Assembly: GCA_965113315.1 (NCBI GenBank)
Contig: OZ220374.1
Source: Podarcis vaucheri
Lineage: Eukaryota
DNA: 64,000 nucleotides
Strand: one strand, 5' to 3'
Both the position numbers and the translations under genes were made by a program. This document shows positions 52,963 to 64,000 of this stretch, piece by piece (positions within the stretch are counted from its first letter, which is position 1; each line of letters opens with the position of its first letter). The notes beneath the pieces are model-generated. The model was not told the DNA's origin and did no database searches. It saw only the letters and a program-made list of their open reading frames with translations.

Positions 52963-55163
52963 TACTTCAAAAAAATAACTTCCCAGAAGTTCCTAAGATA
53001 AACTAAAACCAAGTGTTAAATATTAGAATTTGCCTTATATAATGAGTTAGTCTTAGAAGAAATAATTGTAATGGAAAAATTTAAGCCTGCAAAATTCTTA
53101 AATCATTTTTAGGGAAGGGATATTTTGTCTGAGGAAAAAGAGCTGCTTTTAGTTAAGATTACTTAATTCTGATTCTATTTAAAAAATAATGCTGCGGATA
53201 TATGAAAACAGGAGAATTGAGACCACATTATCTGCCATTAATTGTTAGCTAAAAAGCCACCGTATAAATAAAAAAAATCATCCTCTAGGCTAGGGGCCTA
53301 CTAAGTGCCTTCGAAATGCAAACCTAGTGAGAATTCCAAAATGCTTCCAGCAAACAATCAAACACCTACTGCAGTTCAATGAAATGCATGCAAAGTCATA
53401 AACCCAGCTGTAAGTAAAGGAAGATGATGTTTGAAGGGTGGAGTCAGGTAATATTTAGTAGAATATTTAGTAAAATGTTGCAGCAGTTTACTAACTTGTT
53501 CTTTCATAAAACACCTTACACAAAGATTGTGCTATAATCAAATTAAAGTCTTTAAAAAGTTAATTCATTTAACATCTAATGCTACTAAGAATATTAAAAC
53601 GGATTTGCAAATGTATCTTTTTTTAACATTTGCTCTATTCGAAAATCATCACTCTGCATTTCAAAAGTCATCTGAACTGTGTTTAAATTACCTGACAGTA
53701 CCTTCAACCATACTTGCCCATGCATGAACCATACTGCTCCCATAAGAAAATCAAGTTGTGCTTCATTTAGGGAACAGTGTCCAAGAAACTACACTGTATC
53801 CAAATCTTTTCACAATTAATATGAATCTATTAAGCAAGAAACATTTTCCATTTCCTCCCCTCCTCAAATTCCATTTTAACAAGAGCTGAAGCATTTCGTC
53901 AATTAAAAACCTTTCAGTTAAGAAGATGGCCACTGTTCATCTAACAGCAGAATTTGTTCTAGTACAAGAACTTACATAAACATGGGAGGCAGACAACACT
54001 TTAACAGAGGTATTCCTCCTCTCCCCCATGGGAAAGAATGCCTCTTCTAAAATGGTGTCTTATTCATGTGTCAATAATCTAAAAACAAATAATACTGTTC
54101 AGAATTATAATTCTATTTGTATACCATTTTAAACAATTATAGCTCATAGTTAATCAATTAAATTTTCTTTAATTGGTGCCAGCTCTGATTTTAACATGTG
54201 AGTTTTTAGCTTCAATAACAGAACAATGGCTAATTGTTACTTTGAAACCAAGGTTAAAAGACTATCAACTCAGAAGGCAACATTCATTTTCCCCACCCGA
54301 AAAAGAATTCCAAAACAATGACAGTCCAGGAAAGAGACCCAGGAACTTGCAGAACAAAGAAGAAAGCAATAAAGTTAAGCAAAGAAGTTTGAGCAGCATT
54401 TAAAACAACTGTGTGGAAATCCCTGATGTAGGGAGATTTGACAATACACCAACTCTCAAATTAGGAATGAGAACTGTTATATACATCTAACTAGAAGACT
54501 GTTGGGGTTTGAAAAATCTAGGTTATGAAATCTACAGCCAAAAACAAATGCATGTTTTGCAAATTGCAAGGCAATGTAGTGTAAATAATACTTGAAATTA
54601 ACACAGAAAAATACTCTGTTGACTCTGTTTAATTAGACTTACTAATTAAGGCTGAGGATACTGCATGTTTTGGTACATGGATATGAGCAAGGAGCATTCC
54701 TCTGAAACAACCTTTCCTACAAGCTAAAGACCCTTTTCACATGTACTTTTCTTGTGACTAGCAACCAACAGAAATTGTATCAGCAGTTTGGAAGATGTCT
54801 CCAAAAAGGTCAACCTGTTAGTGAGAATTTCCCTCCACTAGTCATTATTAAAATTCTTAAGCTCAAAGCAGACCCAAGGGGACTTAGATTTTCCTCATCT
54901 TTGTGTTAGCTCTGGCTAAAAGATGTACTACACTCATAGAACAGCTGAACTTAAATAATGTATTTTAATCTGATGGTGCAATTTAACCTTCCCTTTTAAT
55001 CATGGTCAAACGTTATGCAAAATGAACACTTTATTTAAGCCATTTTTCACAGCATCAGGAAAACAACCGGCTGTTTAGATACAGGCCCTTTTTATCATTT
55101 CCAACAAGAAAGGAAGAGCCACAATTAAAGTGATACAAACCAAATTGGGGAGATGGAAGAAAT

Positions 55164-55220
55164 CATTTTAATATTTATTCATATTTATTCTTCATTTTAA
55201 TATTTATTCATATTTATTCT
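55164..55220. repeat. Tandem duplication of a ~29-bp unit (cattttaatatttattcatatttattct)
   Basis: Seen directly. Confidence 0.85.
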
Positions 55221-56730
55221 AAATCATGCACCTACATCTACAAGGTGCTAAACAAAACACAGGAAAAAGTCAGGCCCCTGCCCAATGCAGTTTCCAGTGC
55301 AATTTAGACAAAACTAAAAACCTTCAAAAACTGGAAGAGAAGGACAAACATAATAAAGCACCGTCAAAACCTTTGAGGGGGAAAAATACAATTTTAGAAC
55401 TAGAGAAGTTATTTGCTCATAAAATGTTAACAGCTTAGTCAGTTGGACATCATCAATCTGCATTTCATTATACTAATGATCCTTTGCACATCTTCATGCA
55501 CCAGAATGACTGCAAAATTCATGCATTATTCAGGAAAAAGACATGCTTAAATGCAAGCCCTCCTCCAGATCTTGCAAGAAGTTACACCTAAAGCTGAGGA
55601 GGCAGCAAGCAAACACACACACACACGGAAGACGGGGAAAAGGAGAAATTAACAAGCAGGGTTCAAGGGCCCACTGACACGTGATATTTCTCCTACACCA
55701 ACCACTGTTGTGTGCAATAAACATGTACACCACTGTATGTGACAACAGAGTATATTTATCATTATTAACACACACATCATGAAGCCAGCGTAGGAAAAAA
55801 TTCATGTGCAGCAGCTCCAAGTGTACTTTAAGGCTGCAATCCAATGCTAACATACATAAAGGTAATCCCCAATGAACTCAATGGGGCTTACTTCCAAGAA
55901 GATATATATAGCATTGTACTGTAAAACTATCCAAAAGACCGAACAGCCTTTAGCTTTGAAAGAGAGATTACTGAACCTTAAAAGGGAGGGGGGAATATTA
56001 TCCTTTAAGCTTTGGTAGCAAATCACTTAAGTTGGAAAGGTGATTTCTGTCAAGATCAATTGCCCTTTCACCACAAAAATCTTACAAATTTAATGTAAGA
56101 AATGGAATTAACTGAACAAGTCCTTAGCAAAACAGTATGGCACATGGAGATACACAGCACAATCCTATACATGTTTACACAGAAGTAAATCTCATTGAGT
56201 TCAATGGGATGTACTCCCAGATAAATGAGTATAGGATTGCAGCCACAAGAGGGGATCATTGCTGGCAGTTACCTGGATTCACCCTATTAAATTAGGTTTT
56301 CAAAATAATGGAAATTACCTGTCCAGTATATCAGTGTCATGTTAAATATCCTATGAAAACCATATTAAATATTGATTAGTGAAACAATACAAAAATTAGT
56401 CAAAAAGACTTTCACATTTTAAGTCAATTACTGCTGAAGCATGCAAAACTACCACCTATACTTTAATCTTCCTGCTATCATGCATGTTAAGGGCCACAAT
56501 GAGAACATTAGTGAGAAATGAAAAAATCCACAGTTCAGATGTTGCAGTTTACGTTCAGTATGAGCTGACAGGTACGCTTACTGCACCATCATAAGGCTAC
56601 TTCTTGAAAGCATATTCCATTTGTTTCCATGAGATTTAATATCAGTAGAATTGTTTTAGAGTAAAGCCTTATTCAGGTGTTCAGCCTCCCAGGAGGGATG
56701 AGTGGTGCCCTGCTATGCCCCCCCCCCATG

Positions 56731-56897
56731 CTATCCACACATTAGGGGCATGGCAGCAGCAGGACAGCTTTCCAAATACACACTGGCTAGCCCCATAAAC
56801 TATGACCCTGAGCATTCAGGGTTGCAGCTCATGGAGACAGGCAACACACATTTGGCAAGTTGCCCCACTGCAGACATGCCCCCAATGTATGGATAGT
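56731..56897. mobile_element. MITE-like inverted repeat
   Basis: ctatccacacattaggggcatg / catgcccccaatgtatggatag. Confidence 0.55.
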
Positions 56898-56915
56898 ACT
56901 ACGCAGGAAATAGTA

Positions 56916-57388
56916 CCTGCATGCAAAGACAGGCTCTAGTAAATTGAGTGGACAAGACCAATAGTGGGTCTGATGGTCAAGAAGGCAGCTTCTGGGAAGT
57001 GAGAGGTTGGTAGAGCTCATCAGCCAAGGAAGGTAGCCCATCTAGGAGAAGCAAAACTCTGCTCCCAAACTCGTGCTGCCTTGGGAGATATCCTTGGTAG
57101 AAGAAAATGCTAAGGAGCAAATCCTTGCCAAATCTGGAGTGCAGTTCCTAAAGCAGTTGGGTGGCATCTTGTATGCCTCCTTCCCACAACTTCTGCAGCC
57201 AAGCTGGTGCCGAACGTATTGCTCGACTTTCCATCAGCAAGGGCCAGGGGGTCTTGCCATCTGGGAAGTCCAAGACCTCCATACTCACTGCCCAGGCTTC
57301 TTCCCCAGGAAGGTCAATTTGGTGCTGCTAATGCAGCAGTTTGACTTCACCCCTGGAGATGTACTCCATAGTCTCTCGAGACAGATGA
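56916..57388 (+). mobile_element. Non-autonomous RTE-derived element, copy 3 (5'-truncated; in the WDR37 intron upstream of the first coding exon, antisense)
   Basis: Colinear with 1788-2177 plus 2541-2650, without the L2 insertion. Ends actccatagtctctcgagacagatg. Confidence 0.75.
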
Positions 57389-59167
57389 GTGAGAACCAGA
57401 GAAGGGCCATAGCAGAGCACAGAGACATACGCAATGTGGATGCACCCAGCCCCACCTCAATTGATTATAGACCTGTGAGGATAAATACACAAGTACAGAT
57501 GTAGTTGTAATCCAAAGTATGCACATTCACTTGCAGGTAAGCATAGCGTGAACTGGATACATGGGATCTCTCTGCACCCCACTAGCTAGGCCATACTGAT
57601 CAAAATACAGTGTCAAAAGAACATAATCAGATGATTCAAGACAATAGGTAAATGTTAACTATAATATTACATTGTAGACAGGAATCTGCAGGAATCTATA
57701 CAAACATCCCTGTGCGCATAAGTGAAAATCACAAAAGGGGGAACACCCTCTAAACACCCATTTTTTCCTGCTCTCTAGCTCTCTTCAATCCAGACCGAAA
57801 TATCTACAGTGAAGCTCTGGGGCTGGCTGGAAGGTGTGCACTTCAGCTGTTAGGTGTGGAGGCTGAGCAACCTAAACAAAGCCTTGCTGTGCCTCTGGTC
57901 TTTTGGGGGCTTTCTGTGCCCCCAATGACATCCTCTTCTGGCTCCAGGGAGAGTCTCCTTGCAAGCCCTGAGGACTTTCCCCCATTTCCTGGTACGTACG
58001 TATGTATTTCCCAGTGCCATGCAGTCGCACACAAGTCAACTGTGCATTAAGTGGGATGACGCCTGTACTCAAGTTCTGTTGGGAGTACTCTCACATTCAT
58101 AGGCCAAAAGCTGCAATTGTAGCCTTTCCATGGCAACATATGAAACTATCAGGTCACCTAACATAGGTCTGGTTTCTGTAAACCACTGTTGATGAACTTG
58201 ATTGTGTTTTTTAATGTCCCCTTCATGTGTTGCAACTGTTTTGCATGAGGAAGTCAGATCAAGGTTTGACTACACATTTCAACTATATTCATTTGAACCA
58301 GTGTTGCACAAATGATATTTTTAAAGCTATTTGCTAATATAATGGGGCAGCAACTGATGACTCAAACTCAAAACGGCATTATGGCAAAGGTAACATTACA
58401 CTTGAGTATATAAGAACTAGTTTGCTAAGTTGCAAACAATGCTCCCTTAAATGCCCCAAGCATAAAATTTTGCAACAGTGATAAATCAGGTCCACAGCAG
58501 AAAAATGACTTGCCTTAAGTTATTCACATCCTAACAAATTATCCAATAAAAGGTGGGAGAGATATAAACTATTCTACAATGGCAAAGAGACAACTATACA
58601 ATTTTTTAATACTATTATTCTAGTATCCGAATTATCCTTTACAGAGCATGTTTTATACCTTTAAATAAAACACACAACATCTACTTTTTATTGAATGTAT
58701 CAGATTATTTCTGATTATTTATTTCTGGAAGATAAAATGTAAAACAAATTATCATTTAATTGTCAAAGATGAAACAAGAATAGCAAGCATAAAAGATCAG
58801 GCAACAATGTTACAAGGTCCCCCCAATAAGTCACCTACTTTAGCAATAGTTGGTATTCCTAATATGCTTACTTGTCTGATCTTAAGCAATCAAGACGAGT
58901 TGTGTAATGAAAGAAAAAAATCCCTCGGGCATTCATGTTTCTGAAAGCCAAGAGACAATATCTCTTTCAGGAAATATCAGAATGTGGAAAGAATTACTAA
59001 AGCAGTGTGCTTCCTTTTTTGTCCATTTAAAATGACTTAGGTTTGAGGGAGGGAGACTGGCAGAGCAAGTATAAATGCAAAAGCAAGCTCCCCACCCCTT
59101 TCTGCTCTTTCTTCTTTTTAACAAACACACACACAGAGAAGTTAACAGTTAAGATTTTCAGAGGGCT

Positions 59168-59251
59168 AGGCATGTTAATCTGTTGCAGAAGGAACAACAA
59201 TAAAGAGTTTTGTTGCACCTTAAAGACTACAACATTTATTGCAGCATAAGC
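59168..59251 (-). mobile_element. Penelope-like terminal fragment
   Basis: Reverse complement reads gcttatgctgcaataaatgttgtagtctttaaggtgc, related to 25218-25255. Confidence 0.6.
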
Positions 59252-59735
59252 AATTAGTTAAGATTGCAGAATAAAATTAAGCCTTGTTTAGCAGAGCAGG
59301 GATTTTCAAGCTGTGTTCCAAGGCAACTAAGAATTCTTCAAAAATTCGTTGCATTTCCCACATACACAAAAATAGTAATGGTAGTCAATCTTTCCTAAAT
59401 GATGGCTTGCTCACAACCAGTGTTAGATAACCAGTGTTATATAAGCTAATCACCACATGGCACCTTAAACCCAGGTTATGGGTGCCACCTCTGTCTAGTC
59501 ACTTTCTTATGTGGTGGGGTTTATTATTATTATTCATTTCTATACCCCTCTAAAGAATCAAATGAAACAATCCAGAATAAAACAGCAACAAGACATTTCC
59601 ACAAACTGGCTGGCTGGCTGGTGCGCAGCTGCTTCTTTTGGTGCTTGGGCACACAACAGAAAATACTGCTGCGTACTAGCCATGTGATGGAGATGTCAGT
59701 CCCCAAAAACGTTTTGAACTAAAACTCCCATTGAA

Positions 59736-60084
59736 GGGACGCGGGTGGCACTGTGGGTTAAACCACAGAGCCTAGGTCTTGCCAATCAGAAGGTCGGCGG
59801 TTCGAATCCCCGCGACGGGGTGAGCTCCTGTTGCTCGGTCCCAGCTCCTGCCAACCTAGCAGTTCGAAAGCACGTCAAAGTGCAAGTAGATAAATAGGTA
59901 CTGCTCCGGCGGGAAGGTAAACGGCGTTTCCATGCACTGCTCTGGTTCGCCAGAAGTGGCTTAGTCATGTTGGCCACATGACCCGGAAGCTGTACGGTGG
60001 CTCCCTTGGCCAATAAAGTGAGATGAGCGCCGCAACCCCAGAGTCGGTCACGAGTGGACCTAATCGTCAGGGGTCCCTTTACCT
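59736..60084 (+). mobile_element. Sauria SINE (Squam1), full length, inserted into a palindromic MITE (~59680-60180)
   Basis: Head gggacgcgggtggc, B box ggttcgaatccc, tail ccctttacctt. 13-bp TSD taaaactcccatt at 59720-59732 and 60085-60097. Confidence 0.92.
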
Positions 60085-63000
60085 TAAAACTCCCATTATT
60101 CCTGACCATTGGCCATATTGGCTGAGGATGATGAGAGTTGCAACCCAAAACTTCTGGAGGGCACCATGTTGAATGGCATTGGTCTAGACCAGTACTTTAA
60201 CTAGGGGTGGAGGCCTGAGCAGCACTCCATATGAATTCAGAGCACATTCATGAAAATTCCCTGGAATCCTTTATAAATTTCAGATAGTCATCAGAAAGAC
60301 AAGTAAACAAATCTGCAATATTATGACAATTCTGACCACCAAAATCAGCAGCCATGATTCAGGGAAGCAGACAGTTCTGTTTATCCAGAAGATCTCTTCA
60401 CTTTTCCTGGTGTCAGTGTCCCAGAGGACAATTCTTCAGTCTTTATATAAGATTTGCCAAACCAGTTTGCATTAGGAACAGGAGTGGAAGGGCAGTATTA
60501 AAATAGAAGGTTGGGACAGGATCATAACAAAGAATATTAAGCCAGGAATGGACCCAGTGGGTCAGTCAGTTAACTGAGGAAAGCCAGCAGATACAGGAAG
60601 GGAAGAAAACAAGCAACAGGAAACCCAGTTCTAATATGTTCTGGTAAAAAACTGCTGAGACACTGAGGCAGGAAGGAAACAGATTGAAACAGGATGCCAT
60701 GTGGAAAGGTTGGTACATGCAGATCACCTGACTCGAGCACTGAAGTTCTCAAACAGCGGCTACAGAAAAAATGAGCCTCGTCTAAATTTGGCATTATGCA
60801 TCTACCTATACCCAGCCACTAGCAAATGGTGGCCCAAAGAATTTGACTGTGATGACCTGACAACAGAGTTCTTCTCACACACTATCCACAATGCAGTCTG
60901 CTTTTTAAATCAGGAGTTCTGTGGCACAGCATGGGAAGCAGATGATTGGGTGGATAGGCCTGTTAGATGGGTTAATGACAACAGGCATATATGAAACAGT
61001 CCTCTGGCCTAACAGCTAAAATGTCCAACCAAATTACATGATTCTTTTCAACCAGTAATTTCCTGCAGTGGATTTTCACTTGCTGTTGAAATAACCTAAT
61101 CGCTGAGTTCTTTCATAGCTTCCAAACCTCTGCTAATTTTCATGAGCAAAACCAGCAATTTCCTTAGTTCACATCATTGTTCACTTTCCTTATCATAAAC
61201 ACACCTGGCTGAAGTGTGTGCTTTAAAGCCATATCTAATCTCCATTTACTTTGCATAAACCCAGATATTTATCTGCACATTTCATTATTCCATTAACAAT
61301 ATTATCTCATTCTGTTACACGTCTCTCTTAATTCCGAGCTTGCACAGTGTTGTTAAAAAGCCCTGACCAAATACAAAATTTCTTCACATGTTGCTGGAAT
61401 CCAATGATTTTTATAACAGCAGAGATGTGGTCTTGCTTTCCTCAAAATTAATAAAGCTTTATTCTTGTATATTCACAGTATACTCCAAAAGTTTCTGCTT
61501 ATTTTAATATTTTGTAAAATAATAATGTTCATAAAATATAAATATTAGTAAGAAAATATGACAATTTGATTTGAACTTGAAGTCTACAGGCACTTGGAAA
61601 ACACTCAGTCGTTTTCCTGATTAACAGCTAAATAGGAGGAAAGCACCTCCATCACTGGCTAATAACTGCATTTTTAAATTCATCATTATGGGAGTTTGGT
61701 GGCTATTCAAACAATACCAACAATTAATCCAAAATGAAATTAACCATGGTCACATTATATAGCATATATGCTGAGTACTAAAATTCATCCTCTGAAGATT
61801 ATACAATAACATAAAGTACATGTTGCTAATTAAAAAATGAGCAAGAATGCTTCCAAAGATTCCACATAGTTCAGAATATAAGAAAAATTCAAAGCCTACT
61901 TTGAGGTATTTTTCCAATCAAGCCATGTATAAATTTTATAAAATAAATAAAATAATGAAACTGAACAAAATTGTCAAATCTAGCAATCCCACTGTCATTT
62001 TTGCAACCTAGGGGATGTGCCAAAACTTGCCATTCTAACCTAGTAATGCTGAAACTATCTGAGCTTTTTAATCACATACTCAGTAATACAATCTTATCTC
62101 AGCCATCCAGTCAGGAATGAGATTGTTCATGTCATACATGCACTGCCCAAGATATCCTCTGCAGCACTACTTTTTGAAATAAATTCTGCCTGTTCTATTC
62201 TTTTAAATACTTTCCACCTTCCCCTTTTTCACCTTGCTGACAAATAGCATAAGGTAAAGAAAATTAGAATTCAACTAACCAGTGACAAAAGGGTTTTGAA
62301 AATTATTATTTTACCACTTTAATGCAAATGTGGGAGGATTATGTTTCAAGGGATATTGGAAATAGTTATTTCTTCCATAATCAAAGCTTGAGAATTAATA
62401 GCAACATGGGAAGCTGCCTGGTAACAAGTAAGACCAACCAACCACTCATCTCTCTCAGTATTGCCAAAACGGACCTGCAGGAAGTCTCCAGTGATTCAGA
62501 AAGGAATCTTCAAACTCCTACTTGGACATGATGGGAACCTTTTGCAGACAATGAATGTGCTTCACCTATTGAGTTGGAATGCCTCTCCCAAATTTCTATG
62601 TCAATATGTGATTTTTTTTTATGCTACAGTATTTTTAATTTTGTTGTGATATATATTTTTATTTGGAAGCCATGTCACATTTGATTTTATCACAGAATAG
62701 GAGGATATAAATGCCCGAATAAACAATCACCACTGTACACAGAAACATAACCTGGAAACATTCCAGCAGCACAGTAACCTGGGCATTCAAAATTTCTTGC
62801 TACTTCATTAGAAACAGTATTTCAGTGTGAGATTCTATCAACAGTCCATCAAGATCAGCATTATTTTAAAATGGGTAGCCAAAGGCTACAGGGTGATTTA
62901 TATGAACAGCAGAATGGCAATACCTATGTCTCATTAGTCCTCACAAACTGACAACCTACTGCCTGCATCACTTTTAAAGTGGGTTGGTTATTTCTGCATG

Positions 63001-64000
63001 TAGCATTAGTACCTTAAGAATCTGTGATGCAGATGAAAGGCATGCTAATATTCTATGGACAGGGACAAGTGATCAAGTTTAAACATTATGTTACACATAA
63101 TGTAAACATTAAACATCATGGGCAACACCCACATGGGTATGATGTTTTTATACACTAAATGTTACTTCTTCTTGGGCCTAATATCTGGAACGTACCATCT
63201 TTCAACACAATGAGTAGCAGTAACTAACCTATTGATCCTGCATCAATTTATCAATTCTTTTCAGCCATGGAGAGGTTGTGGCCTTCATGAAACCTTAAGA
63301 AAATAAATCCCAAAGGATGTGACATTCCATAGGTTTTGTGTTATATTAAATGTTTTCTTTAGCTTAGTTATCACAGACAACACTTATCTCCAGTCTATAT
63401 ATTTCAGCAAGAGGCACCAAGAAACTTTATGTTTCTTGGGGACAGCTATTTTTCTTCTTAAGATCATCTCATTTCTAAACCTAAAGGAGATGCATCCCAA
63501 CAACATTTATATATAGCCTGCAGGTTTATCAGAGAGGCTCTCTTTTGTTTTGGTTCAGGCAAACAGCATTAATCACTTGTTCAAAGAAAACAAATGCAAG
63601 TGAAGGCTTTTCTGCCATGAAATCATTAACCACATCACTGTTACAGAAAAGGTCTAACCAAACTAGGTGGCCTCAAGTAACCACTCTGTTTGAGCTCCCA
63701 CTGCATAATAAGTGAATAATATTAATTTACCATAATTGGACAACATAAAGATTACTGAGAATTAATTTGAAGTGGTCTGAATACTTAAAAATGATATGTA
63801 AGTGATTACTACTGTTGGAAATACATATATGTGCTATGTGAATGCTTATTTTCATTAATAATACAGAGTTACAACAGATGCAACACTGTTTCAATTCACT
63901 TGATGTGAAACTCACAAACACCGCAAGCCCTATAGAATGCAGCCTAAGCTATTTCCAAACCTACAGAAAAAGAGCTGTTATTTTATTACAGAGAATGTGT

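Noticed and set aside
53000-64000. WDR37 non-coding exon 1 and promoter
   Set aside because: No CpG island or GC-rich promoter is visible; it probably lies beyond the window.

Overview
Vertebrate genomic DNA, most likely from a lacertid lizard (judged from the Sauria/Squam1-, Squam2- and Squam3-type SINEs). The window holds the whole coding region of WDR37 on the minus strand: 13 coding exons (52962 to 19322), all with GT-AG boundaries, giving 1488 nt or 495 aa. A putative ~3.3-kb 3'UTR ends near 16060. The non-coding first exon and promoter appear to lie beyond the right edge. The rest is intronic or intergenic DNA with SINEs, L2/CR1/RTE/Penelope fragments, hAT and Tc1/mariner MITEs, microsatellites and a 139-N gap. 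The most interesting signal is a non-coding RTE-derived element of about 0.7 kb, present in three copies. Its two 5'-complete copies start at the same nucleotide, and that 5' end can be folded by eye into an HDV-like self-cleaving ribozyme (double pseudoknot) with an unusual hairpin inserted in loop L3. A degenerate Penelope-type hammerhead relic is also present. All repeat and ribozyme calls come from reading the sequence by eye; no searches were run.
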